Assembly: GCA_035502995.1 (NCBI GenBank)
Contig: DATJTW010000023.1
Coordinates: 53,445 to 117,444 of the forward strand
Source of the DNA: Steroidobacteraceae bacterium
GTDB taxonomy: Bacteria > Pseudomonadota > Gammaproteobacteria > Steroidobacterales > Steroidobacteraceae
Direction of reading: 5' to 3'
DNA: 64,000 nt
Position 1 is the stretch's first letter, and every line of letters starts with the position of its first letter. A program made the position numbers and the translations under genes. Below are positions 1-9,748 of this stretch, piece by piece. The notes under the pieces were generated by a model. That model was not told the origin of the DNA, ran no database searches, and saw nothing but the letters and a program-made list of their open reading frames with translations.

Positions 1-2163
1 AAGGCGCTCGAAGAGCTGCTGCTCGCGCTGCGCCAGGCGCGCGACTACCACCTGCGCGTGCGCGAAGCCGGCGCGCTGCAGGGCCTCGGCGAGGCCTACC
101 AGAACCGCGGCGACACGTTGCAGACGCGCACGTACTTCACCGACGCGCTGGCCATCATGCGCGAGCAGGACGACATCCAGGGCTACGTCTGGGGCCTGGC
201 ATCCGCCGGCATCGTCGCGCGCGAGGAGGGCGACTACGCCGCCGCGATCAAACTACACGAGGAGGCCGTGCGCCTCGCGTTCAACCCGATCGCGCAGGTG
301 CGCACCGCGCGCGAGCTCGGGCTCGACTACTTCGCGCAGCAGGACTATCCGAAGTCCATCGCGGCGTATCGCCAGGGTCTCGCCGTCAAGCTGCAGGATC
401 CGAAACACCACGCGTACAGCGACGTGAAGCGCAATCTGGCGCAATCGCTGATCGATGCCGACGACGGCTCCGGCGCCGCGCTCGGCGAGGCGTCGAAGCT
501 CATCGACGAGACGCTCGAGAGCTCGCTGAAAGTCGGCGACCGCCTCGGCATCATCGGCGCGCACCGCACGCGTGCGAACCTGTTCGCCGCGCAGGGCAAG
601 TCCGAGCAGGCGATGGCCGAATACGCGAAGGCGTTCGATCTCTGCCGCGAGTACCGCGAGCAGAGCGTGAACTCCGACGCCCGCCGCACGACGCTCGTCC
701 ACGAGACGCTGGCGCTGCGCGGCTACCTGGACGCGGCGCTGCGCGACGTGGTGGCGCGCGGTGCGACGCCGCCACGTCCCGCGTCGAAGCGCGAAGAGGC
801 CGCGCTGTACACGCTCGAACGCGTGCGCGACACGTACTTCGGCCCGGCGCGCACCGGCGAGCTCGATGCCGCGACCAGCGCGCGCGTCGACTTGCTGCTG
901 CAGCAGATGGCGGACAAGAGCGTGAAGATCGCGACGCTGCTTCGTGGCGAAAAGACGCCCGACCAGGTCGCCGCGCTGGCGCAGGCCCAGTCGGACATGT
1001 CGGACCTGCACGCGGAGCTCGACCAGTTGCGCACCACCGCAGCGAAGGCGCGCGTCGCCTCGACCGAGCCGAAGGCGCCGTCGGCGAAGACGCTGCGGCC
1101 GTTGCCCGCGGGCGCGGTGCAGGTGTCGTACGCGCTCGGCAACCGGCACGCGTTCGTCTGGGTGCGCAGCCCGAAGGGCGTCAACGTGGCGATGCTCTCC
1201 AAGGCGCCGCGCGAGCTCGAGCGAGAGCTGATCGCGTTGAGCGCGCTGAGCCCGCAGTCGCAGTCGGCGGACGTCGAGCGCTCGCTGGCGGCGGTGTCGG
1301 CCGAACTACTGCCGCCGGGACTGTTGCCCGCGGACTCGACCGCCGTGGAGATCGTCGCCGAAGGCCGCATTGCCGGCGTGCCGTTCGCCGGTCTCGCGTC
1401 GCCGACGCAGCCGGCGAAGCGCCTGGTCGAGACGCACGCGCTGACGATGATCACGTCGCTGTACTCGGTCGATCAGCGTCCGCGCGTGCAGCAGGCGCGG
1501 CCGTTCCGGCTGGTCGCATTGGCCAGCGGCACGAGCGGCCTGCGCGCGGTGCCGGTGGTCAATCCGACCGCCAAACTACAGGCCGCGACCAGTGAGGTCC
1601 GCGCCGTCGCCGACCTGTTCTCCGCGCGCGACCCGGCCGCGAACATCCGCCTGATGGTTGCGCCCGAGGGCAATGCCGCGGACCTGCACCGGATCTGGAG
1701 CAGCGGCGCGGACGTCGTCCACTTCGCCACGCACGCGCTGGCGGACCTGCGCCAGCCGCTGGCGTCGTTGCTGGTGTTGCCGGCGACCGGCGAGGGCGGC
1801 ACGGCTACCTACCTGACGGCCGGCCAGGTCGAAGGCTGGCGCGGCGACGCCGAGCTCGTGTTCCTCAGCGCCTGCGACAGCGCCATCGGCCCGCCGCGTT
1901 ACGCGGGCGGCATGCCCGGCCTGCAACGCGCGTTCCTGCGCGCCGGCGCCCGCGGTGTCATCGCGACGCTGTGGCCGATCGAGGACGTGATGGCGCAGGA
2001 ATTCTCGGCGGATTTCTACCGGCGCTACACGCAGGGCGCGACGGCCGCACAGGCGCTGGGCGAGACGCAGCGCGCGTGGCTCGCGCCCGCGCCGGGCAGG
2101 AGCGACGCGGAGCAGGCACGCCGGCGCATCACCGCGCTGGCGCACGGGTTCTACACGCTATAG
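1..2163 (+). CDS. TPR-repeat / CHAT-domain (caspase-like) protein; 5' end cut by window edge
   Basis: Frame 1 is open from nt 1 into track ORF 58..2163. N-terminal TPR-like repeats (LGEAYQNRGDTLQTRTYFTDALAI, GLASAGIVAREEGDYAAAIKLHEEAV). C-terminal CHAT signature with His/Cys dyad (VVHFATHAL ... LVFLSACDSA). Confidence 0.8.
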   Translation, partial: KALEELLLALRQARDYHLRVREAGALQGLGEAYQNRGDTLQTRTYFTDALAIMREQDDIQGYVWGLASAGIVAREEGDYAAAIKLHEEAVRLAFNPIAQVRTARELGLDYFAQQDYPKSIAAYRQGLAVKLQDPKHHAYSDVKRNLAQSLIDADDGSGAALGEASKLIDETLESSLKVGDRLGIIGAHRTRANLFAAQGKSEQAMAEYAKAFDLCREYREQSVNSDARRTTLVHETLALRGYLDAALRDVVARGATPPRPASKREEAALYTLERVRDTYFGPARTGELDAATSARVDLLLQQMADKSVKIATLLRGEKTPDQVAALAQAQSDMSDLHAELDQLRTTAAKARVASTEPKAPSAKTLRPLPAGAVQVSYALGNRHAFVWVRSPKGVNVAMLSKAPRELERELIALSALSPQSQSADVERSLAAVSAELLPPGLLPADSTAVEIVAEGRIAGVPFAGLASPTQPAKRLVETHALTMITSLYSVDQRPRVQQARPFRLVALASGTSGLRAVPVVNPTAKLQAATSEVRAVADLFSARDPAANIRLMVAPEGNAADLHRIWSSGADVVHFATHALADLRQPLASLLVLPATGEGGTATYLTAGQVEGWRGDAELVFLSACDSAIGPPRYAGGMPGLQRAFLRAGARGVIATLWPIEDVMAQEFSADFYRRYTQGATAAQALGETQRAWLAPAPGRSDAEQARRRITALAHGFYTL

Positions 2164-2173
2164 AACGCCATCT

Positions 2174-3754
2174 TCACGGCGCCGGCGCCTGGCAATCCGG
2201 CGTCATCAACGCGCGCAGGATGCCGTTCGTCCAGCCGAACCCGTCCTGCGTCGGGTACTCGCCGTCGCGCGCCGGTCCGGCGCCTTCGACGTCGTATTTC
2301 TCGACGAGCTTGTGGTCGCGCTCGTAGCCGGACAGGTTCTCGTGCGCCCAGCGCCAGGCGATCGCGCGTGACAGCTCCGCCTCGCCATATCGCGCCAGCC
2401 CCTGGATCGCGATCCACTGCAGCGGCGCCCAGCCGTTCGGCGCGTCCCATTGCTGCCCGCTCGCGATCGGCGTCGGCACGATGCCGCCCGGCCGCAGTAG
2501 ATAGGAGCGCAGCGCCGCCGCGGACTCGGCCGCCTGCTCGCGGGTCGCGACGTCGAAGTACAGCGGGTACATGCCGGCGGCGGTGACGAGCTCCGACGGC
2601 TTCTTCTCGCGCCACAGGTAATCCGTGAACGATCGCCGCGCCGGGTTCCACAGGATCCGGCGCATGCCACGCGCCCGCGTGTCGGCCACCGCCTTCGCGG
2701 CGCGCGCTTCCGCCTCGTTGCCGCCCGCCGCGTAACCCAGCGAAATCGCCACTTCGAGCTGGTACAGCAACGCGTTCAGATCCGGCGGCAGATAGTCCGC
2801 CGTGTGGATCGTCGCCAGCGTCTTCCCGTCCGTCAGCCAGCGCGCGCTGAAGTCCCAGCCGCTCTCGGCCGCCGCGCGCAGGTTGCGGTACACCTCGGCC
2901 TTTGGCCGTCCCGACACGCGCGCGGTTTCGACGTCTTCGCGGTACGACTCGTCGCGCGGACTCGCGCGGTCGTCCCAGTAGCGATTCAGCAGCTCGCCGC
3001 CGGCCAGCCGCACGACGCGCCGCCCGGCGGCGCCGCGCGGCACACCTTGCGCGCCCGCCATCCAGAAGTCGTGCTCCTTCCTCATCTGCGGCAGGTATTT
3101 CGCGTAGACGGCGTCGCCGTCCTTCTGCGCCACCAGCTTCACCATCGCGGCGAAGAACGGCGGCTGCGACCGCGACAGGTAGTAAGTCCGGTTGCCGTTC
3201 GGGATGTGGCCGACCTCGTCGATCAGGTGCGCGAAGTTGTCGACCATCTCCACGACCAGGTCGTGCCGGCCGGACGCCTCGAGCCCGATCATCGTGAAGT
3301 ACGAGTCCCAGTAGTAAACCTCGCGATATCGCCCGCCCGGCACGACGTACCGATGCGGCAGCGGCAGCAGCGAACTGCCGGCCTTCGCGGCATCCGGCCC
3401 GCGCGTCAACGCGGACCACAACGCGTCGATGTGCTGGCAGACATTGCGCGATGGATCGGCCTGGAAACCGCTGCCCGCGTGCTCCGGCTCGTCGAAATGC
3501 CGCGCGACGAACGCGCGCAGATCGAACCCCGTCGCGCCGCGCTCGCGCCGGTACGCCGCACCGATCGCCGCCGGATCCTCCTTCGGAATCGCGTCCGCGA
3601 ACGTCTTGCTGTCCGGGTAGATCGTCGAGCGCTGCACGGCGTCGAACAATTCCGGGTACAGCAGCGACGGCGGCTGCGGCGGTGCGGCGAGCGCGACGGC
3701 GGCGACGACGCCGGCTAACAGCCCGGCCAGGGATCGACCCATGCGGTGTTTCAT
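2174..3754 (-). CDS. treA: periplasmic trehalase (glycoside hydrolase family 37)
   Basis: 526-aa ORF with signal peptide (LAGLLAGVVAAVALAAPP). GH37 signatures PGGRYREVYYWDSYFTMIGL, LNRYWDD and ESGWDFSARW. Confidence 0.9.
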   Translation of the reverse strand: MKHRMGRSLAGLLAGVVAAVALAAPPQPPSLLYPELFDAVQRSTIYPDSKTFADAIPKEDPAAIGAAYRRERGATGFDLRAFVARHFDEPEHAGSGFQADPSRNVCQHIDALWSALTRGPDAAKAGSSLLPLPHRYVVPGGRYREVYYWDSYFTMIGLEASGRHDLVVEMVDNFAHLIDEVGHIPNGNRTYYLSRSQPPFFAAMVKLVAQKDGDAVYAKYLPQMRKEHDFWMAGAQGVPRGAAGRRVVRLAGGELLNRYWDDRASPRDESYREDVETARVSGRPKAEVYRNLRAAAESGWDFSARWLTDGKTLATIHTADYLPPDLNALLYQLEVAISLGYAAGGNEAEARAAKAVADTRARGMRRILWNPARRSFTDYLWREKKPSELVTAAGMYPLYFDVATREQAAESAAALRSYLLRPGGIVPTPIASGQQWDAPNGWAPLQWIAIQGLARYGEAELSRAIAWRWAHENLSGYERDHKLVEKYDVEGAGPARDGEYPTQDGFGWTNGILRALMTPDCQAPAP

Positions 3755-3874
3755 GTCCCGAACTTAAGCGCCCGCGGCGCGCGATGCCATCAGCGTGCGC
3801 CTGCATCCCGTCGGCGCGCCGAACCGTGCGACGAAATCCTGCGCGCCACCCGCGCACTGGTGCACGATCCGCCC

Positions 3875-5920
3875 ATGCGCACCCGCCGCCAGTTCCTCCG
3901 AGATGCGAGCGCCATCGGCGCCGTGTTCGTCATCGGCGATTCGAATGCCCACGTTCGCTATCCGCCGTGGGTCGAAAAACGCGAGTCCTTTCCGCAGGGC
4001 GTCGCCTCCGGCGACCCCGCGCCGACCAGCGTCATCCTCTGGACGCGCCGCCCGCCGGGCCAACCGGATCCCGCCGCCGCCGTCGCGCTGCTGCTGCAGG
4101 TCGCGGCCGATCCGGACTTCCGCAAGATCGTCGCCTCCGACGAAACGCTGCTCACCGCGCAGACCGACTACACCTGTCGCTTCCTCGTCGGCGGCCTGAA
4201 GCCCGCGACCGAATACTGGTATCGCTTCATCGATGGCACCGGCGCCGGCAGCCGCGTGGGCCGCACGATCACCGCGCCTGCCGATCACGACGCGCGCCCG
4301 GTGCAATTCGCGTTCGTCAGCTGCCAGGACGTCGGCCAGAGCGCCTGCAACGCGTACCGCCGCATGATCTGGGAAGACGAGCGCCGCCCCCGTGCCGAGC
4401 AGCTCGGCTTCGTGCTGCATCTCGGCGATTTCATCTACGAGGTGTGCTGGTACCCCGAGGACAAGCCCGGCGGCCGACGCTACTCGCGTCGCATTCGCGA
4501 CCTGTTCCGTTATCCCGACGGCGAGAATCTCCACGACTACCACCTGCCGGTGACGCTCGAGGACTACCGCACCGCCTACCGCGCCTATCTACAGGACCCG
4601 GACCTGCAGGATGCCCGCGCGCGTTTCCCGTTCGTGCCCGTGTGGGACAACCACGAGTTCTCCTGGCAGGGCTTCCAGGGCATCCAGGTGTTCGACGGCA
4701 AACAACGTCCGGCCCAGACGCGCAAGGTCGCGGCCAACCAGGCGTGGTGGGAATACCAGCCGGCGAGAGTCCTCCAGCCCCGTGGCGTCGACCTGAAGGG
4801 TTTCACCGCGCCCGCGGTGACGAACGCACCGATCACCGCCTTCGACGCCGCCGGCTTCGCCCGCGAACCCAACAACATCGCCGCCGTCGATTCGCTGCGC
4901 ATCCAGCGCTCGTTCCGCTACGGCCGCAACACCGAGCTGATCCTCACCGACAACCGCAGCTACAAGACGGCCGACGTCGACCTCGGCGACTTCTCGCCCG
5001 ACGAATTCCCGCAGTTCTCCGACGAGGACGCGGCGCGCATCCTCGACGACGGCCGCGCTTACGCCGGCGGCAAACCACCGGCCACCGTGCACTTCGCCGG
5101 CAAGGACCTGCCGAACCCGCAGAAAGACGCCGCGCCGCAGTCCTATCTGGGCATCGAGCAACGCGCCTGGCTCATCGACAAGCTGCGCGCCAGCAAGGCG
5201 CCGTGGAAGGTCTGGGGCCACAGCTTCGGCACGCTGGCGTGGCGCTCGGATCTGCAGAACCTGCCCACCGGCCTCGGACCGTCGTGGCCTGGCAAGGGCT
5301 ACGGCCTGATCAACGGCGGCTTCTACGCCGAGCACGCCGAGATCTTCGGCGCCGTGCGCAAACACGGCATCACCGGCCTCGCGATCGTCGCGGGCGACAA
5401 ACATTCCTTCTGGGCGGGCCTGGCCTGCGCGGATCTGCCGCCGCGCGATTACGACCCGGTCGCCGTGGAGTTCGTCACCGGCTCGATCTCGGCGCTCGGG
5501 ATGGCCGAAGCGTCGCCGTACGCGATCAAGCCGGATCATCCGCTGCGCGCGTTGTATCTCGTCGGCACGAAGGAGAGCTTCGTGCCGTCGATCAACTTCA
5601 CGATCCTGCACGGCGTGCGCGCGGCGCTGGCGCTCGCGGCCGGCGACGCCGCGAAGGCGCGCGCGCTGCGCAATCCGGACGTCTCGCCGCAGCTCTCGTT
5701 CGTCGATCTCGCCGGGCACGGATACTCCGTGGTCACGACGACGCCGACCGCACTGGAAACGCAGTTCGTTTGCATTCCGCCGCCGCTCGAACGCAGCGCG
5801 ACGCCGGATGGCGGACCGCTGCGCTACAAGGTCACGCATCGCACGGCGTTGTGGAAGCCCGGCGAGCGGCCGACACTCGAGCGCACGCGCGTCGAGGGCG
5901 ACGTCGAGCACTCCATCTGA
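3875..5920 (+). CDS. phoD: Tat-exported PhoD-family alkaline phosphatase/phosphodiesterase
   Basis: Track ORF 3746..5920 trimmed to ATG 3875, which gives a twin-arginine signal (MRTRRQFLRDASAIGAVFV). PhoD-type metallophosphatase motifs FAFVSCQD, LHLGDFIYE, VWDNHEF, AGDKHSFWA. Confidence 0.85.
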   Translation: MRTRRQFLRDASAIGAVFVIGDSNAHVRYPPWVEKRESFPQGVASGDPAPTSVILWTRRPPGQPDPAAAVALLLQVAADPDFRKIVASDETLLTAQTDYTCRFLVGGLKPATEYWYRFIDGTGAGSRVGRTITAPADHDARPVQFAFVSCQDVGQSACNAYRRMIWEDERRPRAEQLGFVLHLGDFIYEVCWYPEDKPGGRRYSRRIRDLFRYPDGENLHDYHLPVTLEDYRTAYRAYLQDPDLQDARARFPFVPVWDNHEFSWQGFQGIQVFDGKQRPAQTRKVAANQAWWEYQPARVLQPRGVDLKGFTAPAVTNAPITAFDAAGFAREPNNIAAVDSLRIQRSFRYGRNTELILTDNRSYKTADVDLGDFSPDEFPQFSDEDAARILDDGRAYAGGKPPATVHFAGKDLPNPQKDAAPQSYLGIEQRAWLIDKLRASKAPWKVWGHSFGTLAWRSDLQNLPTGLGPSWPGKGYGLINGGFYAEHAEIFGAVRKHGITGLAIVAGDKHSFWAGLACADLPPRDYDPVAVEFVTGSISALGMAEASPYAIKPDHPLRALYLVGTKESFVPSINFTILHGVRAALALAAGDAAKARALRNPDVSPQLSFVDLAGHGYSVVTTTPTALETQFVCIPPPLERSATPDGGPLRYKVTHRTALWKPGERPTLERTRVEGDVEHSI

Positions 5921-5935
5921 GTCATACTCGCGGGC

Positions 5936-6637
5936 ATGCCCAAGGCCCGCAAGCACAAAGAACATCACAAGATCGCGCACGTCGGCTGGCTGCGCGCCGC
6001 CGTGCTGGGTGCGAACGACGGCATCGTCTCCACGGCCAGCCTCATCGTCGGCGTGGCCGCGGCGCACAGTCCGCCGTCGACCATCCTCATCGCCGGCACG
6101 GCGGGCCTCGTGGCCGGCGCGATGTCGATGGCGGCCGGCGAATACGTCTCCGTGCACTCGCAGGCCGACGCGGAGAAGGCCGACCTCAAGGTCGAGAAGC
6201 AGGAGCTGCGCGACGAGCCGGAGGCCGAGCTGCGCGAGCTCGCGGGCATCTACGTGAAGCGCGGGCTCGATCCGGCGCTCGCGCGGCAGGTGGCGCAGCA
6301 ACTCACCGAGAAGGATGCGCTCGCTGCGCACGCGCGCGACGAGCTGGGCATCACCGAGGAACTGGCGGCGCGGCCGCTGCAGGCGGCGTTGTCGTCGGCC
6401 GCGAGCTTCACGGTGGGCGCGGCGCTGCCGTTGCTGGTCGTGCTGCTCTATGGCGGCCCGCGGCTCGGGCTCGCCGTGTCCATCGCGTCGCTGATCTTCC
6501 TCGCCTTGCTGGGCGGCCTGGCTGCGCGCGCCGGCGGCGCCAGCGTGATCACCGGCGCGGTACGCGTCACGTTCTGGAGCGCGGTCGCGATGGCGGTCAC
6601 CGCTGGCGTCGGTTCGCTGTTCGGCGCGACGGTCTAG
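5936..6637 (+). CDS. VIT1/CCC1-family iron/manganese transporter
   Basis: 233-aa ORF. Signature GANDGIVSTASLIVGVAAA, acidic cytoplasmic helix (EKADLKVEKQELRDEPEAELREL), hydrophobic C-terminal helices. Confidence 0.85.
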   Translation: MPKARKHKEHHKIAHVGWLRAAVLGANDGIVSTASLIVGVAAAHSPPSTILIAGTAGLVAGAMSMAAGEYVSVHSQADAEKADLKVEKQELRDEPEAELRELAGIYVKRGLDPALARQVAQQLTEKDALAAHARDELGITEELAARPLQAALSSAASFTVGAALPLLVVLLYGGPRLGLAVSIASLIFLALLGGLAARAGGASVITGAVRVTFWSAVAMAVTAGVGSLFGATV

Positions 6638-7309
6638 CTAGAAGCGGTACGACACGCCCGCCGAGATCAGCTTCGACGAGCCCACGTCGTACGTGCCCGC
6701 GCTGCCGCTCAATCGCAGCCCGAGCACGAACTGGTCGTATTGCTGCCAGTCGACGTTGACGCCCAGGTGTTCGTTGAAGCGGTAGCCGATGCCGACGCCA
6801 TACATCACGCCCGAGTTGTTGTCCGAGTACGTGCGCGTCGACGCCGGGATGGCGGGATCGCGCTCGTGAGTCGTGCCTTCCATGTAGACCGCGCCGATCC
6901 GCGCGTTCAGCGACCATCCGTCCGCGAACGGCCACGAGCCGATGACCGAGGTCGAGAAGCCCTGCGTCTCCGCCGACAACGAATAACTGCAGACCGCGGC
7001 CGACACGTTGCCCGGGCAGTTGTACGGGATCCCGCTCATCTCGAACTTCCCGAAATCGACGTAGCTCGCCTCGACGGCGACGAACCGCGAGAACTGGTAG
7101 CCGCCGCGCACCCGGACCCCGACGTCGTCGCCGGACTGCCGCGCGATCTCCGGCCCGAAGAACTGCTGCGATAGTTTGGCCTGCAGCTTCGATTGCCCCA
7201 CGTCCAGGCCGACGTAGAAGCCGGTCACGGACGCCGGCGGGTCCGCCTGCGCTGCCAGCGGCAGCAGGGCGAGAAAACACAGTCGTATGACGAATCCGGC
7301 GCTCTTCAT
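6638..7309 (-). CDS. small outer-membrane beta-barrel protein (OmpA-like/OmpW-like porin family)
   Basis: 223-aa ORF with signal peptide MKSAGFVIRLCFLALLPLAAQA. Alternating beta-strand pattern and C-terminal ...GVSYRF. Its stop codon abuts the stop of the convergent VIT1 gene. Confidence 0.8.
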   Translation of the reverse strand: MKSAGFVIRLCFLALLPLAAQADPPASVTGFYVGLDVGQSKLQAKLSQQFFGPEIARQSGDDVGVRVRGGYQFSRFVAVEASYVDFGKFEMSGIPYNCPGNVSAAVCSYSLSAETQGFSTSVIGSWPFADGWSLNARIGAVYMEGTTHERDPAIPASTRTYSDNNSGVMYGVGIGYRFNEHLGVNVDWQQYDQFVLGLRLSGSAGTYDVGSSKLISAGVSYRF

Positions 7310-7459
7310 GGTTCCCTCCCAGGAACTCCATCGGCCGGTAGTTAGCCAGGGCGCGGCCGGCCTGTCAGCTGCCGTGGGGTGACCGGGAACCGGATCCGCG
7401 GGTCCGGTTACTCATGGAGGTCCGAACCTTCTTACCCGAACGAGTCAGGAGCTATACCA

Positions 7460-8074
7460 ATGAAAATCAAGCATCTTTTGGCGGCGGTGGGCCTCGTCGC
7501 GGCGGGGACCGCGTTCGCCCACGATGGCGGCGGCGACCGTAACGACCGCAACGTCCTCTTCAAGTTCGATGGCGGCATCGGCGTGCAGCCGTTCCGCAGC
7601 CAGGCCGGCGCGCCGGTCCTGAACACCGTCGCGGGCGTTCCGCCCGGCGGCGCGCCCTGGGGCATGACGTCCTTCAAGGCGACGATCAAGAATTCCGGCG
7701 AGATCCGCGGCCGCGGCACGGGCGTGCTGCTGTGGGGCGCCGACGGCATCGGCACGCGCGCCGGTCCGCGCCAGGTCATCGTTTCGCTGTTCTGCCGCAG
7801 CGTTCCGGTGCCGCCGGCCGTCGCCGGCACGGTGCTGCAGAACGCCTTCAACTCGGCGCCCGTCGATCTCGACGAGGACGGCGACTTCGTGGTGAAGGGC
7901 TCGCTGACCGACGCCACCGGCGCCACGCCGCCGCTGACCTGCGGCGACGACGTCGACAACCGCCCCGTGCTGCTGGTGCGCTCCGTGACGCCGGCCAACC
8001 CGACGACCGGTGCGCCGGCGACGCCGGGTGCCTGGTTCGCCGCGGGCGTCATCGCCCCGAAGAACCACGACTGA
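7460..8074 (+). CDS. secreted hypothetical protein
   Basis: Track ORF 7379..8074 trimmed to ATG 7460 (AGGAG about 7 nt upstream), giving signal peptide MKIKHLLAAVGLVAAGTAFA. No family recognised. Confidence 0.6.
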   Translation: MKIKHLLAAVGLVAAGTAFAHDGGGDRNDRNVLFKFDGGIGVQPFRSQAGAPVLNTVAGVPPGGAPWGMTSFKATIKNSGEIRGRGTGVLLWGADGIGTRAGPRQVIVSLFCRSVPVPPAVAGTVLQNAFNSAPVDLDEDGDFVVKGSLTDATGATPPLTCGDDVDNRPVLLVRSVTPANPTTGAPATPGAWFAAGVIAPKNHD

Positions 8075-8099
8075 TCCCGCTGACGTACCCCCGGCAGTG

Positions 8100-8145
8100 G
8101 TAGGAAGGCGCCGGCGGCCAGGAAGGTCGCCGGCGCTTTTCCTAC
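8100..8145 (+). terminator. intrinsic terminator-like hairpin
   Basis: Inverted repeat GTAGGAAGGCGCCGGCG / CGCCGGCGCTTTTCCTAC containing a T-run, 26 nt after the stop of 7460..8074. Confidence 0.6.
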
Positions 8146-8202
8146 AAATGCATCAGCAGATTCACGATGGGCAGGCCCGGACCCAGTCGATAGCCTGAGT
8201 CC

Positions 8203-9069
8203 ATGGCAGCCAATCCGATTGCAGTGCACCTCGCGCCGCGAAGTCGCACGGACTCCTCACAACCCCTCTGCGCCGAGTCGCGCGTGCCGCTGTTGACCGG
8301 CCGCGACATGCCGGTCATCGGACTGGGCACGTGGCAACTCAAGCATCACACCGCGGATTCCATCGCGCAGGCCCTGGCCGCCGGCTACCGCATGATCGAC
8401 ACGTCCGGCGACTACCACACGCAGCGCGGCATCGGCGACGCACTGCGCGCCGCGGGTGTGGCGCGCGAGTCGGTGTTCGTCACGACGAAGGTTGAGGAAA
8501 CCGACGACGCGTATGCCGCGGCCAAGGCCAACCTCGCGCAGTTGAAGCTCGACTACGCGGACCTCGTGTTGATCCACCGCCCGCCCGAACGCGGCGTCGG
8601 CGAGCATCTGTGGCAGGGACTGCGGCGCGCGAAACGCGAAGGCCTGACGCGCGACATCGGCGTGTCGAACTACTCGATCGAGCAGATCGAGGAGCTGGTG
8701 TACCGCACCGGCGAGCTGCCGGTGGTGAATCAGGTCGAGTGGACGCCGTTCGGCCACAGCCCGCGCATGCTCGATTTCTGCCACGACAACCACATCGTGA
8801 TCCAGGCCTGGAGCCCGCTGACGCGCGGCGAACGCCTCAACGACGACAAGCTGGGGGCGATGGCGGCGCGTTACGGCCGCACGCCGGCGCAACTATTGAT
8901 CCGCTGGAGCCTGCAGCTCGGTGTGGTCCCGCTGCCGAAGGCGAATCACGCCACTCACCAGCGCGACAACCTGCACGTATTCGACTTCGAGATCTCGCAG
9001 GTCGACATGAACAAGCTGCGGACGTTGAACGAGCACTGGTCGGCGCTGGGGCGGCTGCTGTACGTCTGA
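8203..9069 (+). CDS. aldo/keto reductase (2,5-diketo-D-gluconate reductase-like)
   Basis: 288-aa ORF. LGTWQL motif and catalytic tetrad contexts IDTSGDYHTQ (Asp, Tyr), FVTTKV (Lys), LVLIHRP (His). Exact start uncertain. Confidence 0.88.
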   Translation: MAANPIAVHLAPRSRTDSSQPLCAESRVPLLTGRDMPVIGLGTWQLKHHTADSIAQALAAGYRMIDTSGDYHTQRGIGDALRAAGVARESVFVTTKVEETDDAYAAAKANLAQLKLDYADLVLIHRPPERGVGEHLWQGLRRAKREGLTRDIGVSNYSIEQIEELVYRTGELPVVNQVEWTPFGHSPRMLDFCHDNHIVIQAWSPLTRGERLNDDKLGAMAARYGRTPAQLLIRWSLQLGVVPLPKANHATHQRDNLHVFDFEISQVDMNKLRTLNEHWSALGRLLYV

Positions 9070-9160
9070 TCCCGCGATACGCGGTATCGCGATGTCGGGG
9101 ACCGATCGCGACCGGATCGATCTCGACGCTGGCCTTCTGAAACTCCCGGGAAGATGGGGC

Positions 9161-9192
9161 ACGCGAGCGCCGTGGGAGTTCGGCGCTCGCGT
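9161..9192. terminator. hairpin between convergent genes (possible bidirectional terminator)
   Basis: Perfect 12-bp stem ACGCGAGCGCCG / CGGCGCTCGCGT with an 8-nt loop, between the AKR and PRC-barrel genes. No clear U-tract. Confidence 0.4.
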
Positions 9193-9227
9193 GTACTGGC
9201 GTCACCGGCCAGCTGCCCCGGTCCTGA

Positions 9228-9587
9228 CTAGTGGCGAACGCTGTAGTAGTCGTTCACCTTCGATTGATACGCGCCGACGCCATCGGACTTCGTCAGCTTG
9301 TCGAGCGAATCCGCGGGCGCCGCCTGCAGCTGCTCCTTCGTGAACGGCACGACGTAGCTGCCTTCCGCCTCGTCGTAGTCCAGCGCCGACCACGGCACCG
9401 GGTGGAACTTCTCGTTCACGCCGAGGAAGCCGCCGAAACCGATCACGGCGTACACGATGTTGTTGGACAGCTTGTCGAGCACGATGTCCTCGACCTGGCC
9501 GATCTTCTCGCCAGCGGTGTTCTTCACGCTGGTGCCGATCACCTTCTTGGCGCGAATGACTTCGGTATGTCCGGATGCGGTGGGCAT
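9228..9587 (-). CDS. PRC-barrel domain protein
   Basis: 119-aa ORF with PRC-barrel pattern VIGTSVKNTAGEKIGQVEDIVLD ... YAVIGFGGFLGVNEKFHPVPW. Confidence 0.75.
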   Translation of the reverse strand: MPTASGHTEVIRAKKVIGTSVKNTAGEKIGQVEDIVLDKLSNNIVYAVIGFGGFLGVNEKFHPVPWSALDYDEAEGSYVVPFTKEQLQAAPADSLDKLTKSDGVGAYQSKVNDYYSVRH

Positions 9588-9748
9588 GGATTCACTCCTT
9601 CGTGGGTCCTTGGTTCACCCAGACCTTACGAACCGCGCTGCGGCGGCCACATCGGAAGATGTCGCCTGCTGGTGTCAGCGGATCGCGGGGCGGCGTTTCG
9701 GCCGGCGCGCCGCGCCGCATACTGGCGCGACCGGCAACGGAGAACCTC

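Noticed and set aside
3451-6759. 1102-aa track ORF spanning the PhoD and VIT1 genes
   Set aside because: Its composition is extremely Arg/Ala/Pro-rich with no motifs. It overlaps two well-supported genes in another frame, so it is a typical GC-shadow ORF.
7333-7345. 14-mer CGGCCGGTAGTTAG shared with the complement of 10021..10034, and nonamer GGTAGTTAG also at 21977
   Set aside because: Given the number of pairwise comparisons in 64 kb of biased sequence, a few exact 14-mer matches are expected by chance. Three copies of a nonamer are too few to interpret.
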